A stretch of DNA of 49,341 nt, from sequence record SRR20825010_7068; one strand, 5' to 3'. The position numbers and the translations under genes were made by a program. The notes beneath the pieces are model-generated. The model was given only the letters and a program-made list of their open reading frames with translations. It did not search any database and was not told where the DNA came from. Positions 1 to 9,352 of this stretch are shown piece after piece (position 1 is the stretch's first letter; each line of letters opens with the position of its first letter).

Positions 1-1575
1 CACGCCGACCACATCATCCGCCTTCACGCCTTGGCTAATCAGGTAACGAGCCAATTGATTGGAGCGAGCTTCCAGTTCGGCAAACGACACACGGGTATCT
101 CCGTGCACCAGCGCAATCGCATCACCCTGCTTCGCGGCCTGCTGTGAAAACAACGACACAAAACTATGCACTTGCCACTGACCGGCCCCCTGCCCCCAAC
201 GCTTCAGCACGACCTGGTCATCCGGCACCAGCACCGCACTCTCGGTGAGCGGCAATGCTGGCGACTGCAACCACTGGTCCAGTACCTGCTCAAACGCCCC
301 CACCATTTTCCCGGCGAAGGCATCATCAAGAACGCCGTCACCGTGAACCAGCCGCAGCGTCAGGCCACCATGCTCATCCGGCCAGGCATCCAGCACCAGA
401 TCAAACGGCGTTTCCGTTACAGGCAGGTCCTCTACCCGAGCCATCAGGTTGCCCAGATTCAAACTCAACCCTTTGCCCTGTTGACGATAATTGAACGCCA
501 CCTGGAACAAGGGATGACTGCCCGAACTGCGGGAATCACTCAAGGCATCGACAATTTTTTCAAAGGGTAGATCGCGATTTTTCTTGGCGTCGTTCAAGGC
601 ACTGTGGATCTGTGAAATCCAATCGCCAACGGACAGTTCAGGGGAAACATGCCCCTGCACCACCAAGTTGTTCACGAAAAAACCCACCAGAAACTGGTTG
701 CTGCCTTTACGGTTGGCGCTAGGTACGCCAACGCGGATCTGCGGCTGCCCCGACACCCGAAACAACAGATACTGCAACACGGCAAGCAATACGGTAAAAC
801 GGCTGACGCCCTGCGCTCTGGCAAAATTTTTCAGGGTTTGCGTCTGCTTTGCAGACAGGGAGAAGTCCTGAAAGCAGGCACGGCTGGAGGCACCGGAAGG
901 TTGTGACAGGCGGGGCAAAACCAGGGGCTCGCCTTCATTTTGCAGTGTTTCGACCCAGTAATCCCGCTGCGCCCGGGCATCGTCACTGGCAAGCCATTCA
1001 GCTTCTGTTTCGACCAGATCCAGATAGGTATTTTTCAGCGGCGGCAGGTTCGGTGTCAGCCCATCACGCAAGGCACTATAGGCAAACAGAAACTCCTGCA
1101 GGAACACGCCCAGCGACCAGGCGTCGCCGACAATATGATGCAACGAGATCAGCAGCACATGCCGTTGCTCGCTCAACCTGACCAGGCGGTAACGCAACAG
1201 TGACTCTGCCTCCAGATCAAACGGTTTCGCATTGTGTTCGCGGCCCAACCGGTAGGCTGCCGCTTCCGGGTCTGCCTCGTGACTGACATCCTCAACCTGC
1301 AACGCCCTGCCCACGTGCGGTGCGATCCGTTGCCAACCCTGACCATCTCGTTCGGCAAATTGCACACGCACAATATCCTGCCGAGCCACCACATAATTCA
1401 TGGTCTGCTCAAGCGCTTCAGGATTCAGCTCGCCGTCCAGCCACAGCATGCCACCCAGGTTATAGGCCGTGCTCTGCGGTGAAAGCCGCGTAAATAGCCA
1501 CAAACGTTGCTGGGAAGAGGAAAGCGGGGTCCAGTCGGCCCCCGGGCGCACGTTCTCGATGGCAGACCCGGTCAT
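1..1575 (-). CDS. Non-ribosomal peptide synthetase, 5' part (N-terminal condensation domain plus start of adenylation domain); runs off the window
   Basis: Not in the ORF track (no stop in window). Manual translation from ATG 1575 (AAGGAG RBS at 1581-1586) gives MTGSAIENVRPGADWTPLSSSQQRLWLF..AYNLGG, the C-domain motif HHIVGD at 1123-1140, and an A1-like motif VSFAELEARSNQLARYL near 40-90. Confidence 0.93.
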   Translation of the reverse strand, partial: MTGSAIENVRPGADWTPLSSSQQRLWLFTRLSPQSTAYNLGGMLWLDGELNPEALEQTMNYVVARQDIVRVQFAERDGQGWQRIAPHVGRALQVEDVSHEADPEAAAYRLGREHNAKPFDLEAESLLRYRLVRLSEQRHVLLISLHHIVGDAWSLGVFLQEFLFAYSALRDGLTPNLPPLKNTYLDLVETEAEWLASDDARAQRDYWVETLQNEGEPLVLPRLSQPSGASSRACFQDFSLSAKQTQTLKNFARAQGVSRFTVLLAVLQYLLFRVSGQPQIRVGVPSANRKGSNQFLVGFFVNNLVVQGHVSPELSVGDWISQIHSALNDAKKNRDLPFEKIVDALSDSRSSGSHPLFQVAFNYRQQGKGLSLNLGNLMARVEDLPVTETPFDLVLDAWPDEHGGLTLRLVHGDGVLDDAFAGKMVGAFEQVLDQWLQSPALPLTESAVLVPDDQVVLKRWGQGAGQWQVHSFVSLFSQQAAKQGDAIALVHGDTRVSFAELEARSNQLARYLISQGVKADDVVGV

Positions 1576-1614
1576 GTCAGCTCCTTGCCGTTAGTGCAGA
1601 CGCAAGAGAAAGAA

Positions 1615-1818
1615 TCAGGACGCTTGCGCATCCCGCAGGCGGCGTGGACGCTGGTCTGTCCAGGTCTGATTGATATGCTCAAGGCATTCGCTCTTGTTGC
1701 CGGTCACACCGACGGCTTGCCAGCCCGCCGGGACAGGACGATAGGTCGGCCAGATGCTGTACTGCTCCTGATCATTGATGACGACCGTGAATTCCGTTTC
1801 AGGATTATCAATACTCAT
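1615..1818 (-). CDS. mbtH: MbtH-family NRPS accessory protein (67 aa)
   Basis: NDQEQYSIWP..PAGW..C LEHI..WTDQRP signature; ATG at 1818 with GAGGAAG RBS; directly upstream of the NRPS. Confidence 0.95.
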   Translation of the reverse strand: MSIDNPETEFTVVINDQEQYSIWPTYRPVPAGWQAVGVTGNKSECLEHINQTWTDQRPRRLRDAQAS

Positions 1819-1899
1819 GGCTTCCTCGCCGTTAACAAGAGTGAGAGAAAAGCGCCCCGACCTGAAAGCCCGAGCGCACAAGGAGGATTCAGCAACCGC

Positions 1900-3558
1900 C
1901 TAAATACCCGCTTCGCGCAGCACCTGAACGCTCTCGCGAGCGCTGAGGTCATCCAGTTCTTCCAACCGACCACTATCCATTTTCAGCAGGCGATCAGCTC
2001 GATCGAAATAATGATCATCGTGGGTAATGGCAATGATGGTTTTTCCGGCGGCTTGCAGGCGCGGCAGCAGATCGAGATAAAAGAACTGTCGGAATTGCGG
2101 GTCCTGATCTGCCGCCCACTCGTCCAGCAACAAGCAGTCCCGGGTCTCCATCACCGCCATTAACAGGGCCAGACGTTTGCGCTGCCCCTGGGAAAAACGA
2201 ATATCGCTGAGGCGGCCATCTTGCTGGCGCACCTTGTGCTGCATGCCCAGAGTGGCCAGCCAGGCATCCACATCCGCCGCCGCCACTTCCGTGCCATCGC
2301 CTTTCAACAGGCGACTGAACAAATGAAAATCCGTGAACACCGATGAAAAGAGCTGGCGAAAGGCAACCCGGTTTGCCTCGGTGACCAGCTCGCCATCCAC
2401 CCGCAACTCACCCTGCTGGGGCCGATACAGACCGGTGAGCAAGCGGGCAAACGTACTCTTGCCGCTACCATTACCCCCTTGCACGAAAATCAGCTCGCCA
2501 CGGCGAATGGTTAGATCCAGCGGCCCCACCGCAAAGCCCGGCGCGTCGTCCTGATCCGGATACCGGTAATGCACGCCTTGCAAGCTGAGCGTACTGAAGC
2601 CTGCCAGCGTATCCCCACTTGCCTGCAGGTCCGTCGTATCTTCAGCCAGCTCAAGCCCGGTTAGTTTGCGCAGAGAGACCCGCGCAGCCAGCAAGGTGGG
2701 TAACGCAGCGACAGCGCCAATTAAAGGCGTACGCAACAACAAAATGGTGAGTGCAAAAATGGAAGCGGTATTGGCATCCGCCCAACCACGCCCGGCAGCC
2801 AGGTAAAACAGCACCCCGATCAGTGCCAGCACCAAAACGTTGGCCAGGTTGCCGGCCACCCCATTGCAAATGTCTGCCCGGGTCACATGGTCACGGTACC
2901 CCCGGGCATGGCCATCAAATTCTTCATCAAAGAAACGGGCCGCTCGCGGCCGGTTCAGCGCCAGCTCCTTGCGACCATCAATCATGGATTGATAGTCCTG
3001 ATAAAGATGGTCATCCCCTTCACGGACCTTGCCCACATGGAAATTAATACGCCCAACCAGCCAGACGCCCATCAACGCCGTACCCAGCAACCAGGCCACC
3101 GTGACAGCAAACAGTCCCGGTGCCAGCCAGGCCAGCCACCCCAGGGCCGCCACGCTCAACGCGGCGCCGTAGACCAGCTCCGGCAAGTGCACAAAGGCGA
3201 TTGTCAGGTTGCGCAGATCGGTGCTCAGCGCCGCCAGCAGGTGCGGCCCGCCCACCTTTTCCAGTTGCTCGATATCCGTGGCCAGCACACGACGCACCAG
3301 ATCCCGACGCAGGCCGTACACCATCCGGTGCCCCAGCACATGCAAGGTCACCTGGGCGGCCGTGGCCGTGGCCAGCAGCGCCACCAGCAGCACGGCAAAC
3401 TGCAACAGCACTACGGGCAAGTCCGCGCCACCGGCTAGCAACCGCTGACTGATGAACGCCAGAACCGCCACACTCAATCCCGCACTCAACACACTGAGCA
3501 CGGCCACCGCCGCGAAGGCTTTCTTTCTACGGGAAAACAACAGGCCCATGAGGGTCAT
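1900..3558 (-). CDS. Cyclic peptide/siderophore export ABC transporter, fused permease-ATPase (PvdE/SyrD/YojI family)
   Basis: N-terminal TM segments, Walker A GGNGSGKST, signature FSQGQRKRLAL, LLLDEWAADQDP typical of the family. Confidence 0.92.
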   Translation of the reverse strand: MTLMGLLFSRRKKAFAAVAVLSVLSAGLSVAVLAFISQRLLAGGADLPVVLLQFAVLLVALLATATAAQVTLHVLGHRMVYGLRRDLVRRVLATDIEQLEKVGGPHLLAALSTDLRNLTIAFVHLPELVYGAALSVAALGWLAWLAPGLFAVTVAWLLGTALMGVWLVGRINFHVGKVREGDDHLYQDYQSMIDGRKELALNRPRAARFFDEEFDGHARGYRDHVTRADICNGVAGNLANVLVLALIGVLFYLAAGRGWADANTASIFALTILLLRTPLIGAVAALPTLLAARVSLRKLTGLELAEDTTDLQASGDTLAGFSTLSLQGVHYRYPDQDDAPGFAVGPLDLTIRRGELIFVQGGNGSGKSTFARLLTGLYRPQQGELRVDGELVTEANRVAFRQLFSSVFTDFHLFSRLLKGDGTEVAAADVDAWLATLGMQHKVRQQDGRLSDIRFSQGQRKRLALLMAVMETRDCLLLDEWAADQDPQFRQFFYLDLLPRLQAAGKTIIAITHDDHYFDRADRLLKMDSGRLEELDDLSARESVQVLREAGI

Positions 3559-3606
3559 GAGGGGTGTCCGCCTCCTTGGACAAGGAATGGATAAGAAGAG
3601 AATCGC

Positions 3607-3625
3607 AATGATATTGATTCTTATT
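3607..3625. promoter_or_regulatory. Fur box upstream of the exporter-mbtH-NRPS operon
   Basis: AATGATATTGATTCTTATT, close to the AATGAGAATnATTCTCATT palindrome, about 50 bp upstream of the operon in an AT-rich patch. Confidence 0.8.
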
Positions 3626-3758
3626 TATATATCAACCTTATTTTCGTGCGGTTAATCCCGTTTTAGCCTGTCCGTCTCTTTCTTCACATTGATGCGTATC
3701 GCCATTGCCGGAAAGTGTCCTGCTCAATACCATTCAGTGACAGAACAGGACTTATTTC

Positions 3759-4370
3759 ATGACTCAGCAGATCACCACACGCGGCCAGCGACGGCGTCAG
3801 GCATTGCTTGATGCCGCCACGCACACCTTTCTCCAGCACGGGTATGCGCGCACTACGCTGGACATGATCATTGCCGAAGCGGGAGGGTCGCGACGCAGCC
3901 TCTATGAGTATTTTGGCGATAAGCGCGGCTTGTTCAGCGCGGTGATCACTCACCACACCCACAAGATGATTCACGATATCCGTAGCCTTGAGCTAGACGA
4001 ACTGCCAGCCCGGAAAGGCCTGGAACGGCTGGGGCACGCTTTTTTCAACGCGCTGACGGACCCGGTCAACCTGGAGCTGTACCGGTTATTGATTGCAGAA
4101 GGCTCAGCCTTTGCCGAACTCGGGCAAACCGTTTACGAAGCCGGCCCCCACATGCTGCAGGAGCAGTTACTGCTTTATCTTCAGTGCCTTCACGACCGCG
4201 GACAGCTCCCCGGCGCCGAACCCAGCCCACATGCAGCCCGGCAGTTTTTTGGCATGATCAAGGCCGATTTCCAGCTCTGCGCCCTGCTGGCTCCCAACCA
4301 GCTTCCCGACGAAACCGCGATCACCGCACACATCCAGAGTTGCGTGACTCTTTTGTTAGACAACCACTAA
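3759..4370 (+). CDS. TetR/AcrR-family transcriptional regulator
   Basis: N-terminal HTH: ALLDAATHTFLQHGYARTTLDMIIAEAGGSRRSLYEYFGDKRGLF. Confidence 0.92.
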   Translation: MTQQITTRGQRRRQALLDAATHTFLQHGYARTTLDMIIAEAGGSRRSLYEYFGDKRGLFSAVITHHTHKMIHDIRSLELDELPARKGLERLGHAFFNALTDPVNLELYRLLIAEGSAFAELGQTVYEAGPHMLQEQLLLYLQCLHDRGQLPGAEPSPHAARQFFGMIKADFQLCALLAPNQLPDETAITAHIQSCVTLLLDNH

Positions 4371-4458
4371 TCCCGCCATTGGCACCACCTGTCTGCCCGG
4401 TATACATTGTAGATATCCGTCACCCTGGCCTTGGGGGCTAAGATGGCAATATTGATAA

Positions 4459-4474
4459 TGTGACAGGATTCACA
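4459..4474. promoter_or_regulatory. CRP/Vfr-type palindrome TGTGA-N6-TCACA overlapping the RBS of the endonuclease I-like gene
   Basis: TGTGACAGGATTCACA is a perfect core consensus, ending 2 bp before ATG 4477. Confidence 0.45.
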
Positions 4475-4476
4475 AT

Positions 4477-5112
4477 ATGCACAAATTTACACTTGCCTTG
4501 CTGGCAAGTTTTTTGCCGGTTTCGGCCAGCTTTGCCGATGGCATGGACGCACTCTTTCTCAAGCAGGTTTACGCTAACGGAGGCGACACCCTTTATTGTC
4601 AGGAATCCTTTCAGCCCGGTGATCGCATTTCGGTAGAACAAATTTACGATGAACGCCGGCTGGCACAGCACTTTGGTTGCCGAAGTAGTCGTCTTTGCGA
4701 AAACAATCCGCAATTCTCCGATATTCGTAAAGACCGTCACGCCCTCTTCCCTGTCACCCGCCGCGCCGAGCTGGACCGCCGGCGAACCCTGTTTGGCGAT
4801 CTGCCGGACACCACAGAGAAAAACAGCAACTGCGGTTACAAACAATCGTTCCAGGTATTCGAACCTCCCGTTACCGCCAAGGGGGACGTGGCCCGGGCCA
4901 TGCTTTATCTCCACGAACGCTACGAGCTCCCCCTGCTCGGCACCCTGGATATGTACCAACGCTGGAACCAGGAAGACCCGGTTACCGACGAAGAGCGCCG
5001 CCGTAACAACGTTATCGAACAGCTCCAGGGCAACCGCAACCCCTTTATCGACGAGCCCGACCGTGCGCAAAGCCTGCAGGGCAGCTCACCGCTGAATATG
5101 CAGTTTCCGTAG
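4477..5112 (+). CDS. Secreted endonuclease I (EndA/Vvn/Dns) family protein with apparently degenerate catalytic motifs
   Basis: Signal peptide; TLYC; FEPP..KGDVARAMLY..RY; WN..DPV..EERRRNNVIEQLQGNRNPFI C-terminal signature. Confidence 0.85.
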   Translation: MHKFTLALLASFLPVSASFADGMDALFLKQVYANGGDTLYCQESFQPGDRISVEQIYDERRLAQHFGCRSSRLCENNPQFSDIRKDRHALFPVTRRAELDRRRTLFGDLPDTTEKNSNCGYKQSFQVFEPPVTAKGDVARAMLYLHERYELPLLGTLDMYQRWNQEDPVTDEERRRNNVIEQLQGNRNPFIDEPDRAQSLQGSSPLNMQFP

Positions 5113-5198
5113 AAGAGACACTGCGCGCTTCATGCAGCAGGCAACAACACGTACGAATCACGCCCCGCTGCCCTCCGCGCTGAAACGTTAACAGGCAT

Positions 5199-5232
5199 AA
5201 AAAAACCGCACCCCGAGAGGTGCGGTTTTTTT
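5199..5232. terminator. Bidirectional rho-independent terminator
   Basis: A7-CCGCACC-loop-GGTGCGG-T7 between convergent genes. Confidence 0.9.
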
Positions 5233-5270
5233 AATGCGTGCGGCGTGTGGCGTGCCGCATGCGGCGGCCT

Positions 5271-7046
5271 TTAAAACAGATCCGCATCCAGGCTCATCAT
5301 GGTGCCCGCGCCGCTGTTAAGCTGGGCAGCCAGGGACTGGGCTTTCGGCAACACACGCTGGAAGTAGTATTGCCCGGTAATGCGCTTGGCTTTGACGAAG
5401 TCATCATCACGACCGTCTGTGGCCGCCAACATCTGGGCCCACAGCCATGCGTAAATCACATACCCGAAGATATCCAGATACTCCACCGCACCGGCACTGA
5501 TGGCATCCGGGTTGTCACCGGCCTGTGCCAGCAGCGTATCGGTAGAGGACTTCAGCAATGCCAAAGCCGCTTGCAGGTCGTCTTTTACTGCAGCCAGCTG
5601 CGCGTTGTCGCCATTGGCATCAACCCAGGCCTGGGCATCCGCCAGGAAGGCATCCACGGACTTGCCACCGTTGCGGGCCACTTTACGGCCGGCCAGGTCC
5701 AACGCCTGGATACCGTTGGTGCCTTCGTAGATCTGGGAAATACGGCAATCACGAACAAACTGCTCCATGCCCCACTCACGGATATAACCGTGACCACCGA
5801 AGACCTGCTGGCCGGTGATGGTGGTATCCAGGCCACGGTCGGTGAAGAAGGCCTTGGCAATCGGGGTCAACAGCGCCACGCGATCTTCCGCTTTTTTCTT
5901 GGCGTCTGCGTCTTCGCTGAACTTGGAGGTATCCAGCTGCATGCCCACGTAGGCGGCCAGCGCGCGGCCCCCTTCATTGATGGCACGCATGTTCATCAAC
6001 ATGCGGCGCACATCGCCGTGCACGATGATTGGGTCCGCCGGACCGTCCGGGTTTTTCGCGCCGGTGGCGCTGCGGCCCTGCAGGCGTTCGCGGGCGTATT
6101 CCACCGCGCTCTGGTAGCTCGCTTCACCCAGCCCCAGCCCTTGCAGGCCAATGGACAGACGCTCGTAGTTCATCATGGTGAACATGCACGCCAGGCCCTG
6201 GTTCGGCTCACCGATGATCCAGCCTTTGGCGTCGTCGAAGTTCATCACGCAGGTGGCGGAACCCTTGATGCCCATTTTGTGTTCGATAGAACCACAGGTG
6301 GCGCCATTGGCGTCGCCCGGGTTGTTATCCGCATCCGGCAAGAATTTCGGCACCAGGAACAGGGAAATGCCCTTGGACCCAGCCGGTGCGTCAGGCAGCT
6401 TGGCCAGCACCAGGTGGATATGGTTGCCGGTCAGGTCATGCTCGCCGCCGGTGATAAAAATCTTGGTGCCGGTGATGTTGAAGGAGCCATCGTCGTTGGG
6501 TACGGCCTTGGTGCGCAGAATGCCCAGATCAGTACCAGAATGCGGCTCGGTGAGGCACATGGTGCCGCTCCACTCACCACTGTACAGCTTGGGCAGGTAC
6601 TGGGACTTGAGCTCTTCGGAGGCGTGGGCGTCTACCGCCAGACAGGCACCGCTGGTCAGCGCCGGGTACAGGGCAAACGAGGAGCAGGCACTGTGCATCA
6701 TTTCTTCGAACAGCACCGCCAGTGACTTGGGCATACCCTGGCCACCGAACTCCGGGTTGCCGGAAAAGGCGCTCCAGCCGTTTTCGGCGAAAGTCTTGAA
6801 TGCATCCTTGAAACCGTCCGGGGTGGTCACTTCCCCGTCGTTCCAGGTGCAGCCCTGCTCATCGCTGTTACGATTCAGCGGGAACAACAGGCCTTCGGTC
6901 ATTTTGCCCGCTTCTTCCAGAATGGCATCGGACAAATCCTGAGTCACCTCTGCGGTGGCCGGCATGGAGGCCCAGAGCTGGTCCGCGTTGAACACATCGT
7001 TGAGAACAAAACGCATGTCCTCGAGGGGGGCTTTATAGGTCGCCAT
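5271..7046 (-). CDS. Acyl-CoA dehydrogenase (FadE5/PA0506-PA0508-like, about 590 aa)
   Basis: MCLTEPHSGTDLG, GTKIFITGGEHD, EHKMGIKGSATC, GGHGYIREWGMEQ, catalytic YEGTNGIQALDL; ATG 7046 has a GGGAG RBS. Confidence 0.95.
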   Translation of the reverse strand: MATYKAPLEDMRFVLNDVFNADQLWASMPATAEVTQDLSDAILEEAGKMTEGLLFPLNRNSDEQGCTWNDGEVTTPDGFKDAFKTFAENGWSAFSGNPEFGGQGMPKSLAVLFEEMMHSACSSFALYPALTSGACLAVDAHASEELKSQYLPKLYSGEWSGTMCLTEPHSGTDLGILRTKAVPNDDGSFNITGTKIFITGGEHDLTGNHIHLVLAKLPDAPAGSKGISLFLVPKFLPDADNNPGDANGATCGSIEHKMGIKGSATCVMNFDDAKGWIIGEPNQGLACMFTMMNYERLSIGLQGLGLGEASYQSAVEYARERLQGRSATGAKNPDGPADPIIVHGDVRRMLMNMRAINEGGRALAAYVGMQLDTSKFSEDADAKKKAEDRVALLTPIAKAFFTDRGLDTTITGQQVFGGHGYIREWGMEQFVRDCRISQIYEGTNGIQALDLAGRKVARNGGKSVDAFLADAQAWVDANGDNAQLAAVKDDLQAALALLKSSTDTLLAQAGDNPDAISAGAVEYLDIFGYVIYAWLWAQMLAATDGRDDDFVKAKRITGQYYFQRVLPKAQSLAAQLNSGAGTMMSLDADLF

Positions 7047-7189
7047 TTGCACATCTCCCGAAAGTTGGCAGGGTGCGAATTTTAGGCAGGCAGGCCTCCG
7101 GGTTACAGGCTTATTTGTGACCCGGCGTTCATGGCGGTCATTTCCATCAACAAATACGCACTTCGGTCACATGAAAAGGGGGGCATTGT

Positions 7190-7555
7190 TTACTTTTTCG
7201 GCTCCGGACGCCGCCACAGCCACAGTAACGTGCCGCACAGAAAGACAGGAACCGCGATTTTTACACTATTGTGCGCCCCGGACAGGCTGATCAGCACGAT
7301 GCTGATCAGCATCATGGTGGAGGCTGCGCACTTGGCCCGGCGCGATACCGCGCCTTGGTCACGCCAGTCGCGGATGCTCGGCCCGTATTTCGGGTGATTC
7401 AGCAGCCAAGCCTCCAGCCGGGGCCAGCCGCGGGTGCCCGCCCAGGCGGCCACCAGCAAAAACGGGACCGTGGGCAAGCCGGGAATCACCACACCGATCA
7501 TCCCCAGGGCCACGCAGAACACCGCCAGTAATCGCCAGGCAACGACTCTGATCAT
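7190..7555 (-). CDS. YbaN/DUF454-family inner membrane protein
   Basis: LGMIGVVIPGLPTVPFLLVAAW..PRLEAWLLNHPKYGPSIRDW..GAVSRRAK signature. Confidence 0.9.
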   Translation of the reverse strand: MIRVVAWRLLAVFCVALGMIGVVIPGLPTVPFLLVAAWAGTRGWPRLEAWLLNHPKYGPSIRDWRDQGAVSRRAKCAASTMMLISIVLISLSGAHNSVKIAVPVFLCGTLLWLWRRPEPKK

Positions 7556-7606
7556 TGCTCACACTCCTGAAACGTCACTACAGCATGCACCAGTACGCCT
7601 GCATTG

Positions 7607-7639
7607 AAAAAGGCGCCAGACACCAAATGCCTGGAGCCT
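7607..7639 (-). terminator. Probable terminator after the YdgA-like gene
   Basis: Minus strand AGGCTCCAGGCA-TTTGG-TGTCTGGCGCCT followed by a T run. Confidence 0.55.
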
Positions 7640-7662
7640 GACGTCAACGGCGACAACGCCGT

Positions 7663-9156
7663 CTAGTGAGCCCCGGAACCACTTTCTGCAGACAATTCCC
7701 CGTCCTGAGGGCCAGCCAGTCCACTGGCCGCTTCAAGACGCTGCTTGAGCATCGCAACCGGAATAGTCTCGCCATTGAGCACCACCTCACCACCACTGGC
7801 GTTGAGTACACTGCTCCAACGATCACCCTGCTGCACCACCAGCCCCTGGGCAGCCAAACCGGGCAACCGCATGGCTAACGGCGGCGGAATAACGGCTTGA
7901 TTTATATCCACCTGCACAGAGACATCCAGCATTTGGTTCATTTGCTGCTCGGTGAGCGCCTGCAGCTCTTGCAGCGGCAAGTTACGCCCCTCTACCCCGA
8001 GATAGCGGGTACGCGCATCCAGGCTGAGCTGACGCTCACCGGCATTGTCCGCCAGCAACCGCATATTCAGCTGGCTCTCTCCCGGGTGCAGCAACTGCTC
8101 CCCGATCACCGTCATCATTTCATCAATCAACGTCCTGATTCTGGCAATCGTTTGCTGCGGATCGGCGGTCTCAGTGTTGGCCATGGCCCCCAGCAGCATG
8201 TCGGTTTGCAGCTGGTCCAATTCGTTGTTGAGGGCGTTGACCTTGATCAGCGCCTGCTTGTCCAGGCCGACATAATCCACGCCCAGGTAAGCGCTATCCA
8301 TGGCTAATGGCACCATGGCACCGGCAACGTTCTCCAGCCACAAGCCGCTTTTACCGGCCAGCGTGTCGCCCTTGTTCTGGCTGTTGCCCTGCAGGGTAAA
8401 GTCGAATCCCAACAACGGCAGATCATGCTGCGCATACAGCAGCCCCTCTCCGTTAAGGTTCACGTCGGTCAACGGCAGCGTCCCCCCCAGCATGTCCACC
8501 ACATCCACCGAGCCGGTCAGCGATTCAATCGCCATTTGCCCTTGCGGTGCGTTGATATCCAGCCCCTTGACCGTCACAAAGCTGTTCACCGGGTAACCGT
8601 CGATACTCGGGCGGTGCACATCCACCTGAAGCTGCTCCAGCACGACCTTGCCCATGGGCGAATCCAGATCGACCGGGGCGAGCGCCACCCGAATACGGAC
8701 ACTGCCGTCAAAGCCGTAAAAGCTGCTCCCGACGAGAGGCGCCTTGCCCTTGAACAGTTGCTCGACCAGCGCCTTACCCTCTGGCGGCAAGGCCGACAGG
8801 TCCAGCACTTCCCGGGTGCTGGCCAGGCCGACCTTCAGCCCCTCATCGGTGAACGCGAGCGGGCCGTGATGAATCGTGCTCAGCGAACAAACCTGGCCGG
8901 ACAGCGCCGCCGCTTGCGGCATGGCCGCCAGCTCTCCTTGAATGATCAGGCAGGTATGCGCACTGGAGGACAGCAAACCCCGCTCGTAACGCACCACATC
9001 CAGCAGAACATCCTTCTGCCCCGGTAGAATTTCCATCTTCGCGACTTCATCGCGGACCACCTGCTCAACACGCAGGCCCACATAAAAGGTAGCCGCCAGC
9101 CATGCCACTACCGGCAGTACGACCAGCACCACAACCAGCACGAGTCCTTTTTTCAT
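7663..9156 (-). CDS. YdgA/DUF945-family protein
   Basis: MKK plus N-terminal anchor ending ATFYVG, YERGLLSSSA, IHHGPL, C-terminal GEVVLNG; ATG 9156 with AAGGGGG RBS. Confidence 0.75.
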   Translation of the reverse strand: MKKGLVLVVVLVVLPVVAWLAATFYVGLRVEQVVRDEVAKMEILPGQKDVLLDVVRYERGLLSSSAHTCLIIQGELAAMPQAAALSGQVCSLSTIHHGPLAFTDEGLKVGLASTREVLDLSALPPEGKALVEQLFKGKAPLVGSSFYGFDGSVRIRVALAPVDLDSPMGKVVLEQLQVDVHRPSIDGYPVNSFVTVKGLDINAPQGQMAIESLTGSVDVVDMLGGTLPLTDVNLNGEGLLYAQHDLPLLGFDFTLQGNSQNKGDTLAGKSGLWLENVAGAMVPLAMDSAYLGVDYVGLDKQALIKVNALNNELDQLQTDMLLGAMANTETADPQQTIARIRTLIDEMMTVIGEQLLHPGESQLNMRLLADNAGERQLSLDARTRYLGVEGRNLPLQELQALTEQQMNQMLDVSVQVDINQAVIPPPLAMRLPGLAAQGLVVQQGDRWSSVLNASGGEVVLNGETIPVAMLKQRLEAASGLAGPQDGELSAESGSGAH

Positions 9157-9303
9157 GGGTATTCCCCCTTCGTCCCTGTTACCCCGTTTTTTGAAGTGCA
9201 TCACTATAGCGGAAAAATGCCGGGAGTAACGATCAGCCCGCCAACCACCACAGGCGCGTTATCTCTCGCCCATTTCGCATCGTCTTGAACTCAAAAAAGA
9301 ACC

Positions 9304-9338
9304 AAAAAAAAGCCCGCCATGAGAGGCGGGCTTTTTTT
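9304..9338. terminator. Rho-independent terminator (bidirectional architecture) after the acyl-CoA dehydrogenase
   Basis: A8-GCCCGCC-ATGAGA-GGCGGGC-T7. Confidence 0.9.
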
Positions 9339-9352
9339 ATCTACAGGAAAGA

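Noticed and set aside
166-1482. Several plus-strand ORFs in the ORF track
   Set aside because: The region is the minus-strand NRPS, which the track missed because it has no stop inside the window.
5238-6725. 495-aa plus-strand ORF (likewise 9737-11176)
   Set aside because: Antisense shadows of the acyl-CoA dehydrogenases caused by GC-rich codon bias; no motifs or RBS.
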